IMG/VR virus record: IMGVR_UViG_3300018073_000016
Span: 1-32,557 of that record
Source: a virus
Taxonomy: Duplodnaviria > Caudoviricetes
Reading direction: 5' to 3' (one strand)
Length of the DNA stretch: 32,557 nt
Part shown: positions 15,453 through 23,117 of the stretch, in pieces
How the letters are laid out: each line of letters begins with the position of its first letter
How positions within the stretch are numbered: position 1 is the first letter of the stretch
Translations under genes and position numbers: made by a program
Notes under the pieces: model-generated
Told to the model about the DNA's origin: nothing
The model's input: the letters and a program-made list of their open reading frames with translations, nothing else
Databases searched by the model: none

Positions 15453-16775
15453 TTATGCGAGGTGTGGGTATTCACGGATGCGCCCATCAAAGGCAATCGG
15501 TCTGCCGTCCTGCTGAATGAGGTTCGTTTTCATATAGACGGGCAGGTGGATCGCTTGTGCTTGCTGCCAAAGACTCATCCACCATTCAAGCGGCGGCGCA
15601 AATGCGGGCGTTTGGCTGGACTGGCTTGCGCCACCCATCACCAGCCAATCAAACATATCAAGGCTTGAGAATGTGAGGCGCTCCATCATCGGCTCACATG
15701 ACAACCAGGCCACGCCCTCATAGCCCGATGCCCGAATCTTGCGGAAGGCTTTTTCGGCCCGATCCACCGCGTACTGGTAGTCAACCGTTGTCCCGATCCA
15801 GGTGTTCGGCGGAAAGCGGAACTCGGCCATGCGGATCGGGAACTTGGTAAGCAGGAGGAAAGTCCACTGCGGATTGGCCGCAATCTGGGCGAGAACCGCT
15901 TCAATCCATTCGGTCGGAACCCACTTGCCAAAGAGATCGGCCATTGAGCAGGTAAAGACATTGCGAAGGCCCATCGCCGTAACTGGATCATCGATTCGAG
16001 ATACGTCCGGCGCTTTTGTGTTCTCAGGAAAGGCGAGGCGTTCGGGATAGAAGGCGGGCGAGAAACGTTCGCCATCGGGCAGATGCTTATAGATATGGTT
16101 GGCGATGTCCCTGGCATAGCAGTACGCGCAATTGTGAAGGCATCCGGTGATCGGGTTCCATGTCCAGCGCGCCCACTCTACATTATCGTTGGTGGCGTTG
16201 AACTGGCCAGTCCCGCTCATCTCCAGCAGATAGGTGCGCTCATCGTAGCTTAGGCGCTCCCACTCATCGACCAGATAGGCTTTGATGCCGGATGGCTTGC
16301 GGATAGTCAAGGGCTGCACGCTTGCGTGATTCTCTTGCCGATAGGCTGCGACCGTACTCGTTACATGAGCCGCCGTCACTTTGCCTTCCGGCGCACTCTC
16401 GACCACTCGCCCCCAGACTTCTCGCTGCTCCTGCGGCCGCAATTTAGCTTGCGCTATCGGACGAAGTTGGCTCTCCGAAATTGCATTTTCAACAATTTGT
16501 TGACTCTCGCTGATATTCGCTAAAACCTCTCCCGCATCGGCCAGTTGGTAAATTCTTGCCCCTGTATACTCCGCAAAGACAGGGCATTCTTCGCGGATGC
16601 AATCCGGCAGGTTGTTATAGCCCAAGACGGCAAAGCCGCGCCGGCGCTTGAAGGTAGCGAACTGCAACATCAATGCCTTGCTGGAATCGTTGATATGCTT
16701 GAGATAAAGACGCGCTTCTCCCTCGGTCATCTCGCCATTGCTGACGGCCAGTTCAAAGCCCATTTGGTGATTCAT
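15453..16775 (-). CDS. DUF5131 / phage Gp37Gp68 family (radical-SAM-like) protein with N-terminal extension
   Basis: VEWARWTWNPITGCLHNCAYCYA, FTCSMADLFG, LLTK.P.RM, WIGTTV, WLSCEPM, WLVMGG. Confidence 0.88.
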   Translation of the reverse strand: MNHQMGFELAVSNGEMTEGEARLYLKHINDSSKALMLQFATFKRRRGFAVLGYNNLPDCIREECPVFAEYTGARIYQLADAGEVLANISESQQIVENAISESQLRPIAQAKLRPQEQREVWGRVVESAPEGKVTAAHVTSTVAAYRQENHASVQPLTIRKPSGIKAYLVDEWERLSYDERTYLLEMSGTGQFNATNDNVEWARWTWNPITGCLHNCAYCYARDIANHIYKHLPDGERFSPAFYPERLAFPENTKAPDVSRIDDPVTAMGLRNVFTCSMADLFGKWVPTEWIEAVLAQIAANPQWTFLLLTKFPIRMAEFRFPPNTWIGTTVDYQYAVDRAEKAFRKIRASGYEGVAWLSCEPMMERLTFSSLDMFDWLVMGGASQSSQTPAFAPPLEWWMSLWQQAQAIHLPVYMKTNLIQQDGRPIAFDGRIREYPHLA

Positions 16776-17574
16776 CAAATAGCCCCTTCTGAAAAGGAGA
16801 CACTTTGATGCCCCCGTTTAAATACTTCTCGGCGTTCTTGCGCCATTCCTCATAGTGAACTATGTTCTCAGTACTGCGCTTGAGACTGACTTTAGCCGTG
16901 TTCATGCCATATAACATAATAAACTCCAGTAAGCGGCCTTCTTCACTGCGAATATAGGTCGCCTTCTTTAGTGCGGCAAGATTATCGAGATGCTCGATAA
17001 GGGGAACGGTGAGCCACTCAGGGGGATCATCATGGTACGTTTTCTTGATGACACCTGGTGACTTATGACGTTTATAGGCATTGAGCGAAATATTAAAAAG
17101 TAGGTCGATGCGGTCAAACCGATAGTCAGATTGCAGTTGTTTAAAAAGGTCAACACCCGCGAGCGCGTCAACGATGCCATTGGGATCGCAATAGATCAAA
17201 CCATGAAAGCGGCCCGACCATCTGAGATTACACAGCCACGGCAGGATCACTTGTTGATACTCACCGTGAATAATATCGCAGTTAACAAGAGATTCTTTTG
17301 ATAAGTTCTCAAAATTCGGCTTATCTTTTTCACAACAAAGCTGACGGAAATTGTCGTGAAAATGTTTGGCAAAATGACGGTTGAGGATAAGCGGCGAACC
17401 CGCTGCCCCTTCCTTGCTGTGTCCTGATCCCGCTGTACTATCGATCACGACAAGGAGCGAATCGGGCTTAAGCGTGCAGAGGCTTCGCCATCCATTTGTG
17501 CAGCCATCGCAAATCATTTGTAGGTGTCTTTGTTTGGTCGGTGTATAGTTGCTATCGCCATGCGCCCGTCTCAT
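16753..17574 (-). CDS. Three-Cys-motif partner (TcmP)-like, Rossmann MTase fold
   Basis: YTPTKQ, VIDSTAGSG..GSPL, CEKD, IYCDPNG. About 270 aa, directly upstream of DUF5131, lower GC. Confidence 0.65.
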   Translation of the reverse strand: MRRAHGDSNYTPTKQRHLQMICDGCTNGWRSLCTLKPDSLLVVIDSTAGSGHSKEGAAGSPLILNRHFAKHFHDNFRQLCCEKDKPNFENLSKESLVNCDIIHGEYQQVILPWLCNLRWSGRFHGLIYCDPNGIVDALAGVDLFKQLQSDYRFDRIDLLFNISLNAYKRHKSPGVIKKTYHDDPPEWLTVPLIEHLDNLAALKKATYIRSEEGRLLEFIMLYGMNTAKVSLKRSTENIVHYEEWRKNAEKYLNGGIKVSPFQKGLFDESPNGL

Positions 17575-17759
17575 TTTTGCTCCCTTTCTTCTTTGCCAAT
17601 CGCCATCAATGCCGCCCTCGCCTCGTCCGCCGAGTCATAGTATTCGTGCCATGTCCACCTGGCCCCATGCCGGTTTTCTTTCCGTTCAATCAGAAACGGG
17701 TCACGCGGACAGATGCGGTAGGTAAAGGTACCGCTTTGCCGGCTGATTTCAATGGTCAA
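17571..17759 (-). CDS. Hypothetical protein
   Basis: 62 aa, RBS GGGGAGG, ATGA overlap with the next gene. Confidence 0.55.
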   Translation of the reverse strand: MTIEISRQSGTFTYRICPRDPFLIERKENRHGARWTWHEYYDSADEARAALMAIGKEEREQK

Positions 17760-17760
17760 T

Positions 17761-18567
17761 TTATTCCTCCCCTAATGCCCTTGTCAGCGCAATCAATAGC
17801 TCGTCGTGTTCGTCCGGCGTCAGCAGCGCCTTCATTATGCGATGCACCAGCGCATCCTGTAACTTGCGGCCAAGCTCACGCCCAATGATAGGCGCTATCT
17901 TGTCGGGCGTCATGGCCCGGCTGGGAAAGATGAATTCGTCTTTGGGTAGTACCGTGTATTCGGCGTCAATGCTAGGTAGTTGCGGCTCATCCTGCGGCCA
18001 ATCCTGCGGCCCTCGCAGGCGCTTAGGCTGGCGTGGCTGGAGCGTATCACGGATGGCGCGCACGTCCTTGATCGGCAGCGGTTTGCCGGCGGCGCTGGTC
18101 GCCTCAATCACCGCCTCAATGACCTCATCTGATACCGATGGCGCCGACAAAAGACGGGCGTTACTGATACCCAAATTTCCAAATTTGGAAAAATGATCGG
18201 CACGCAAAGCCATATTGATGAAGTCGTAGGCGCTGCCATTGCTCCAGCCAAACTCTTCTCCAATCCACTTGACAAACTCGCCACGCGGCAAAAGGTCGCG
18301 CACGACGATCAACTCCTGGCCAATAGCTACAAGGTCTTGCATGGCCCGCCGTTCGTGTTGGCGAATCTTGAGCGCCGCATCCTGCACCCGTTCCCGCTTA
18401 TCCTCGTCAATCGTGCCATAGTCGTAGACGAGGCCGGCGTACCTGGTGACCACCTTCTTCGCCTGGCGCTGCTCTTTCGCCTTCTGCCGCTCTTCTAATT
18501 TGCGCGCCATGCGCTCGGCGGGTGCCGGCGCCGGCGGTAGCGGCTTGCGGTACGGGCGCGTCTTCAT
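17761..18567 (-). CDS. DUF3102-domain protein
   Basis: Likely start ATG 18567 (MKTRPYRKPLPP, ATGA overlap). IGQELIVVRDLLPRGEFVKWIGEEFGWS..SAYDFI. Confidence 0.75.
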   Translation of the reverse strand: MKTRPYRKPLPPAPAPAERMARKLEERQKAKEQRQAKKVVTRYAGLVYDYGTIDEDKRERVQDAALKIRQHERRAMQDLVAIGQELIVVRDLLPRGEFVKWIGEEFGWSNGSAYDFINMALRADHFSKFGNLGISNARLLSAPSVSDEVIEAVIEATSAAGKPLPIKDVRAIRDTLQPRQPKRLRGPQDWPQDEPQLPSIDAEYTVLPKDEFIFPSRAMTPDKIAPIIGRELGRKLQDALVHRIMKALLTPDEHDELLIALTRALGEE

Positions 18568-18824
18568 AAAATGGTCGCCCCCGGCGACATAGGCAAATCC
18601 TCCGGGCGGCGGTTCCAGGCGGCGATGGCATCTGCAAGACCGTCCAGACTCGACACCTTTGCGAAGCACGTTTCGCACTCCACGATAATCAGCGGCTTGG
18701 AACTGGTAATCATGGTTGCCTGACCACCGCAGAATGGACACGGCTTGAGATTATCGGTAATGGCCTCCGGCCCGCATGCGATCGGCTCAATCTCATTTAC
18801 CGGCGGTAGCGGCTTGCGGTACGG
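18531..18824. repeat. 25-bp exact direct repeat (18531-18555 and 18800-18824)
   Basis: CCGGCGGTAGCGGCTTGCGGTACGG occurs twice and encodes PYRKPLPP at the N-termini of two consecutive genes. Confidence 0.9.
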
Positions 18825-18836
18825 TTGGCGGGTCAC
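18564..18836 (-). CDS. Lar-family restriction alleviation-like protein
   Basis: Likely start GTG 18836 (GTGA overlap). LKPCPFCGG...VECETC...AIAAWNRR signature. Confidence 0.8.
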   Translation of the reverse strand: MTRQPYRKPLPPVNEIEPIACGPEAITDNLKPCPFCGGQATMITSSKPLIIVECETCFAKVSSLDGLADAIAAWNRRPEDLPMSPGATIL

Positions 18837-19168
18837 AGCGTCACCCCCAGCACCGGCCCCAGCCCAATCTCGCCGCACAGCCACAGCCAGCCGGTCAACT
18901 GCTCGGTCGTCCGCACGCGCAGGATGCTCAGGCGCAAGAGGCGAATCTCATCCGCCGGGAATACCCAGCACGGCGCGTTGATGAAGTGTTCGCAGTATTC
19001 GACAATCAGCCGCAGCTCGTCAGGCGCCGGCTCACGCTCGTACATGGGGTCGCGCATGTGGCAGGCATAGACCACGGCGGCGCGGCGTGTGCTGCCGCCA
19101 TTGTAGGCCCAGACCGTCTGCGGCGTGCCGGCCTCGGTATAGGCGTAGTAGATGTGCGAGGTGGTCAT
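18833..19168 (-). CDS. Hypothetical protein
   Basis: 111 aa, 4-nt overlaps with both neighbours. Confidence 0.65.
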   Translation of the reverse strand: MTTSHIYYAYTEAGTPQTVWAYNGGSTRRAAVVYACHMRDPMYEREPAPDELRLIVEYCEHFINAPCWVFPADEIRLLRLSILRVRTTEQLTGWLWLCGEIGLGPVLGVTL

Positions 19169-20118
19169 GGCTGGGCATCCCGATCCGGCAGCGGCGCCAA
19201 CAGATAATTGTAGTCGCCGTAGCCCGTCTTGTGCTGCTCCTTGCCGGCAGCTTTGGCCGGCGCATGATGGTCTTCAAAGCGCGCCGGGTCAAAGGCCCAA
19301 TCGAGCATCCCCTGGACGTTGGTCGGCCTGTTGCCGGCCATTGCCCAGGCATGGATGGCGCGTATCCAATCGGGCAGCGGCGGATTGAGCCTCACAATTT
19401 CCGCCATCTGCTCTCTGTTCGGGTATCTGTTGTGCTGTTCATAGAATGCTCTTATCAGCGGATGATCTTTCAAGGAAGGCGGGCGGGCGGGCGCTTTAGC
19501 GCCGTTGCTCTCTCCTTCTTCTTCTTTAGTTGGTAGTTGGTAGTTGGGAAGTTGAGAAGTTACTTGGGTACGTGCCTCAGTAGGTGCTTGGGTAGGTACT
19601 AAAGTACGTACTTTAGTAGGTACTTTGTCAGTCGAGTTAGCCGCCCGATTGACGGGCAGCTCCATGACGAAAGGGAACAGTTTCCCCTCCTGATCACAGG
19701 TATCAACCAGCCTATCGCCTTTGGGCGTCGTCCAGTTACTAACCATCATTTGATTGCCCTTGCTGTTAAAGCGCAGGCGATCCTGCCAACCATCCGGGCG
19801 CGGATAGCTGGAGGCGTGGGCGAACTGTAGCGACTGGTAATCCCACCAGTTGAGGAATTGGGCGTACTGTTTGCCGTCTACCGTATACAACTGGATCGTG
19901 CCGTTTTGCTCCATCAGCGCCAGCCATTTGCTAACGTCGCTCGCCTCCATATGATCGTAGGGAAAGATTTCTTTGGCGAGAAAAAGCGGATGCGCCTTGA
20001 GCCGGCCCTGGTCATCGGCAATCGTGATCATGCCTATCTGCAACAGGCGTCCACGCGGCGGCAATGCCGCAAAATTCTCGTTACTCCACAATGAATTGTC
20101 CAACATACGTCTACCCAT
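19165..20118 (-). CDS. Replication initiator (DnaD / lambda O-like)
   Basis: RBS AGGAG. RRMLD..LW.NE.F..L...RLL.IGMI..ADDQGR, Y.VDGKQY.Q..NW..YQ. Central low-complexity repeats. Confidence 0.75.
   Translation of the reverse strand: MGRRMLDNSLWSNENFAALPPRGRLLQIGMITIADDQGRLKAHPLFLAKEIFPYDHMEASDVSKWLALMEQNGTIQLYTVDGKQYAQFLNWWDYQSLQFAHASSYPRPDGWQDRLRFNSKGNQMMVSNWTTPKGDRLVDTCDQEGKLFPFVMELPVNRAANSTDKVPTKVRTLVPTQAPTEARTQVTSQLPNYQLPTKEEEGESNGAKAPARPPSLKDHPLIRAFYEQHNRYPNREQMAEIVRLNPPLPDWIRAIHAWAMAGNRPTNVQGMLDWAFDPARFEDHHAPAKAAGKEQHKTGYGDYNYLLAPLPDRDAQP
19527..19627. repeat. Iteron-like repeats, putative replication origin within the initiator gene
   Basis: TAGTTGG x3 (19527-19547), five 12-bp-period GTA(C/G)GT(A/G)C units (19568-19627) and the 22-bp palindrome TACTAAAGTACGTACTTTAGTA (19597-19618). 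Confidence 0.65.
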
Positions 20119-20228
20119 GCTACACTTCTCCTAGTCATTATTCTTGTTGTGAATGCCCTGGCTGCCGGCCTGAATCGGCGCCGGGGCGTATTATTTACCA
20201 CTCTCGTTTTGCCCAAATCGCGGTCACG

Positions 20229-20372
20229 ATGACCAGCAGCGCCGCCCAGCTCAGAACGGCCAGCTATTCGATGACGGCGGAGTATGCGCTGCTCGATGTC
20301 GATGACATTCGCAAGGATTTAATCTCGCCGGTTTCGCTGGCTTCCGATAGCGTAGTTTGGAGCGTGGATTAG
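20229..20372 (+). pseudogene. Remnant of a tyrosine integrase C-terminus
   Basis: ...ASYSMTAEYALLDVDDIRKDLISPV resembles the (LGH)xxxxMTxxYxxL...SPV tail with the catalytic Tyr. LGH and everything upstream are missing. Adjacent to the attP-like core. Confidence 0.5.
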
Positions 20373-20414
20373 AGTGCTTTGCCTTGACAGGGCAAAGCAT
20401 TTCCCTCTATAGCT

Positions 20415-20458
20415 CTCTCACGGCAAAGACAGGGGTTCGAATCCCCTATGCGCTACTA
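20415..20458 (+). mobile_element. attP-like core: 3' half of tRNA-Glu(CTC)
   Basis: CT-CTC-AC loop, GGCAA, AGAC, T-arm AGGGG-TTCGAAT-CCCCT, acceptor strand ATGCGCT-A-CTA. No proper 5' half or D-arm upstream. Confidence 0.8.
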
Positions 20459-20532
20459 AAGCATATTAATTACGTCATGTTAATGTGCTGGCATCGTGCC
20501 GTGAGTCGCCAAACCAACGGGCAGGATGCACC

Positions 20533-20570
20533 AAACAAAACGCTTCGGCACCGGCTGGAGCGTTTTTGTT
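20533..20570. terminator. Bidirectional intrinsic terminator
   Basis: AAACAAAACGCTTCGGC-ACCG-GCTGGAGCGTTTTTGTT between the att core and the end of the HTH gene. Confidence 0.65.
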
Positions 20571-20600
20571 ACCCCTCGCCGGTGGCCGTATCGTTGTGAT

Positions 20601-20801
20601 TTACGCCGTTGCTCCGATGAGGGTCAACGTTTTTGCAGCTTCTTCGTCCAAATACCGATCCAGTGTCTCCCGACGAAAACGCCAGTGCCGGCCAATCTTC
20701 ACGGCTGGCAACTCGCCGCGCTGCGCCATCCGTGAAATGGTTTGCCGGTTGAGCTGCAAATAGTCTGCCACTTCATCTACGGTCATCAACTGCTGTGTCA
20801 T
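20601..20801 (-). CDS. Excisionase-like HTH_17 DNA-binding protein
   Basis: LMTVDEVADYLQLNRQTISRMAQRGELPAVKIGRHWRFRRETLD. RBS AAGGGAG. Confidence 0.9.
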   Translation of the reverse strand: MTQQLMTVDEVADYLQLNRQTISRMAQRGELPAVKIGRHWRFRRETLDRYLDEEAAKTLTLIGATA

Positions 20802-20846
20802 GCCTCAATCTCCCTTCGTGGTTAACTTCATACTCGGAACAAGTAT

Positions 20847-20914
20847 AGCATACAATCAAATAGTATAAACTGTCAATATTGATAATTGACATATACAATC
20901 AAATACGCTAGAAT
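20847..20914. promoter_or_regulatory. Back-to-back sigma70 promoters sharing a repeated operator
   Basis: Plus: TTGACA (20886), 17 bp, TAGAAT (20909). Minus: TTGACA (20876-20871), 18 bp, TATGCT (20852-20847). ATACAATCAAATA at 20850-20862 and 20893-20905. Confidence 0.75.
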
Positions 20915-20967
20915 ACATTCAACGGCAAGCGCAACGGGCGCAAGCGGAGCAGGAAAGAGGAAATACG

Positions 20968-21204
20968 ATGGGCACATACATTCTGGAAAACATGGTTACT
21001 CAATATGGTCACATTCGCACCGAGGAATACAACGGGCGCAAGTGCAGCAAGGGCCGCCAGACGCTTGAGGTTGTTGAGGCGGTCTTGGTTCCAGCCAACT
21101 GGCCGGGCAACAAGCAAATCGCCGCACAAGCCATCGTGCAAGGCAAGCGCGGCGCCATGTACAACGCCTACATTTACAAAAACGGCTTTATCTCAGTTAT
21201 CTAA
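20968..21204 (+). CDS. Early hypothetical protein
   Basis: RBS GAGG, first gene after the rightward promoter. Confidence 0.7.
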   Translation: MGTYILENMVTQYGHIRTEEYNGRKCSKGRQTLEVVEAVLVPANWPGNKQIAAQAIVQGKRGAMYNAYIYKNGFISVI

Positions 21205-21283
21205 ACGAGGTCGGGCCGGCAAGTGCGTCAACACTCCCGGCCCACGGTCAAAATCCTGTCTCTATCACAAGAAAGGTTCGACA

Positions 21284-21487
21284 ATGCAATACTACAGTAA
21301 AACACAAAGAATGTCACCCGCCCGCAAGCACGAACTTGTCGGCTACGAACTCTATAAGGCCGGCCAGCCCATCACGGCCTGCCAGTCAAACGACCAACGG
21401 CGCGGTTGGAATAACGCCTACATCGGTCACATGGCCGCTGTCACTGCCGAAATCGAATGCACCTTTGACCAAAGCCGAGGCTGGTAA
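21284..21487 (+). CDS. Early hypothetical protein
   Basis: Likely start ATG 21284 after GAAAGG (MQYYSKTQ...). Confidence 0.6.
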   Translation: MQYYSKTQRMSPARKHELVGYELYKAGQPITACQSNDQRRGWNNAYIGHMAAVTAEIECTFDQSRGW

Positions 21488-21488
21488 G

Positions 21489-21680
21489 ATGGCCTCTGAG
21501 CGTATTCTATTAGTTGGTAGAATTGTGGAAGGCGAGATGCACTATAGCATCTCGCCGGTGGCGGCAGAGGAACAGCCCACAGACGGCGCATTACAGGCCA
21601 CAATCGATTATGCCGCCGAGCTGCAAGAGCTGCAGGATGATATAGCCGACCGTGAATTCTGGTCACGGGGAGAATGGTAA
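21489..21680 (+). CDS. Early acidic hypothetical protein
   Basis: Likely start ATG 21489 just after the previous stop (MASERILLVG...). Confidence 0.6.
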   Translation: MASERILLVGRIVEGEMHYSISPVAAEEQPTDGALQATIDYAAELQELQDDIADREFWSRGEW

Positions 21681-21683
21681 ACC

Positions 21684-21920
21684 ATGATTCGACCACTAGA
21701 GGCATCTGACAAGTTTGTCGATAACCTTTGCTATACCGACCCCTGCACCGTTTACGAGCGCGCAGATGGCACGGTGTACAAAATCAAGGCGTCCTATTAT
21801 ACGGGCATCAAGACCGTGACCGAGTTTGCCAACCGCCAGGCTTGGGCCTGCTATAAGTTCGGCAAGGCATACGACCCCGAAGGCAAAGGCCACAAAGGCG
21901 CCAGGAGCGTGCAGCCATGA
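21684..21920 (+). CDS. Early hypothetical protein
   Basis: RBS GGGAG, ATGA overlap with the next gene. Confidence 0.65.
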   Translation: MIRPLEASDKFVDNLCYTDPCTVYERADGTVYKIKASYYTGIKTVTEFANRQAWACYKFGKAYDPEGKGHKGARSVQP

Positions 21921-22645
21921 AAATATCCGAGGTGTTCCCGTCAAAGTACCTGACCGCTGCCGACCTCAACGGCCGCCCCTATACGCTCACGATCAAGACC
22001 GTCACGTTGGAGGAAATGATCACGCATGACAACAAGAAGGTGCAGAAGCCGGTCGCCTGGTTTGAGAAGGCGCAAAAAGGTTTCGTGATGAACAGCACCA
22101 ATGCCCACATCATCGCCGGCCTGTACGGTGACGATACCGACGGCTGGCTGGGCCAGCGCATCACCATCTATGCCACCAAAGTGAAAGCGTTCGGCTCGAT
22201 GCAGGATGCCATCCGCGTCAAGGAAGAGATTCCAGCCATGCCTAAGCCGGTAGCCCAAGCGGCGCAGGTCGCCGAGCAATCCGACCTCGACGACGATGAC
22301 GATGTGGCAGACTACAGTGAGGCCGATTCGCTCAACCTCGTCATCGACCCGGATACCGGCGAAATCATGGATGGCGATGTTCTGTTCACGCCGGCCAGCT
22401 CCGGCAAGGCCAAGACACCTGACGACATCAAGCCGGCCCAACTCCTGCGCCTGACTAAGCAGATGGCGCAATTGTACGGCGCTGAATGGGGCGGGCGTGA
22501 GGCAAAGATGGCTCAAGACGCCTCGACCGGCAGCGTGCGCCAGTTCAGCGAGCTAAAGATCACGGAAGCGCAGGTTCTGATTGGCAAGCTGGATGCGCTT
22601 ATCGAGCAACGACAGCCCGCACGCAATGGCGCAGTGGCGGCCTAG
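21917..22645 (+). CDS. Putative ssDNA-binding/recombination protein
   Basis: FPSKYL.AADL.G...LTI..V...KPV..F...N.TN...I..LYG.DTD.W.G..I is a common phage OB-like family pattern, followed by an acidic tract. Confidence 0.55.
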   Translation: MKISEVFPSKYLTAADLNGRPYTLTIKTVTLEEMITHDNKKVQKPVAWFEKAQKGFVMNSTNAHIIAGLYGDDTDGWLGQRITIYATKVKAFGSMQDAIRVKEEIPAMPKPVAQAAQVAEQSDLDDDDDVADYSEADSLNLVIDPDTGEIMDGDVLFTPASSGKAKTPDDIKPAQLLRLTKQMAQLYGAEWGGREAKMAQDASTGSVRQFSELKITEAQVLIGKLDALIEQRQPARNGAVAA

Positions 22646-22718
22646 CAAAAGTCGCCGCCGGCTCCCTCCCTCCAGAGATGGCCGGCGGCTAATCATTCGA
22701 TATGACAGGACATACCAA

Positions 22719-23117
22719 GTGACTAAGCAGAATCATACCCGATTTGTCGCCCCTGATCCACCAGCCCCGCGCGTCGAGATTATCCGATCCGACCTGCCGC
22801 CGGCCCCGATTGTCGAGCCATATCCCCACGCCAGCCACACCGACAGAGCGCGTGCGTTCACCCTGGCCACCGCGCCATTAGCCGCAACGACTGCCCTGGT
22901 CGTTCTGCTCATCGGCCTTGTTGCCTTCGGCATTCCCATACTGAGCGTTGCCGCTTTGCTGCTGGCACTGGGCGGTTTTGGTTTGGTCTGGGCCATTTCC
23001 TTTATCGTATTCACGTTTGTCAGCCCAGACGGCGCGCTCGTATTGCACACCATTTTCCTGTTCGGCCTGTTGCGCCGGGAACAGAAGGAGCGTATCCGTC
23101 GCTATGGCAAACACTAA
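22719..23117 (+). CDS. Membrane protein (2-3 TM)
   Basis: Likely start GTG 22719 after AGGA. Pro-rich N-terminus then hydrophobic helices. Confidence 0.65.
   Translation: MTKQNHTRFVAPDPPAPRVEIIRSDLPPAPIVEPYPHASHTDRARAFTLATAPLAATTALVVLLIGLVAFGIPILSVAALLLALGGFGLVWAISFIVFTFVSPDGALVLHTIFLFGLLRREQKERIRRYGKH

Noticed and set aside
18568-18741. N-terminal extension of the DUF3102 ORF given in the track
   Set aside because: It overlaps the Lar-like gene in another frame. The ATGA-coupled start at 18567 is more plausible.
19527-19627. CRISPR-like mini-array
   Set aside because: Units are 7-12 bp, have no unique spacers and lie within a coding frame.
20349-20458. Complete or intron-containing tRNA-Glu gene
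   Set aside because: Upstream AGCGTAG and TTGCC pair only partly, no canonical D-arm is present and the end is CTA. Better explained as an att core.
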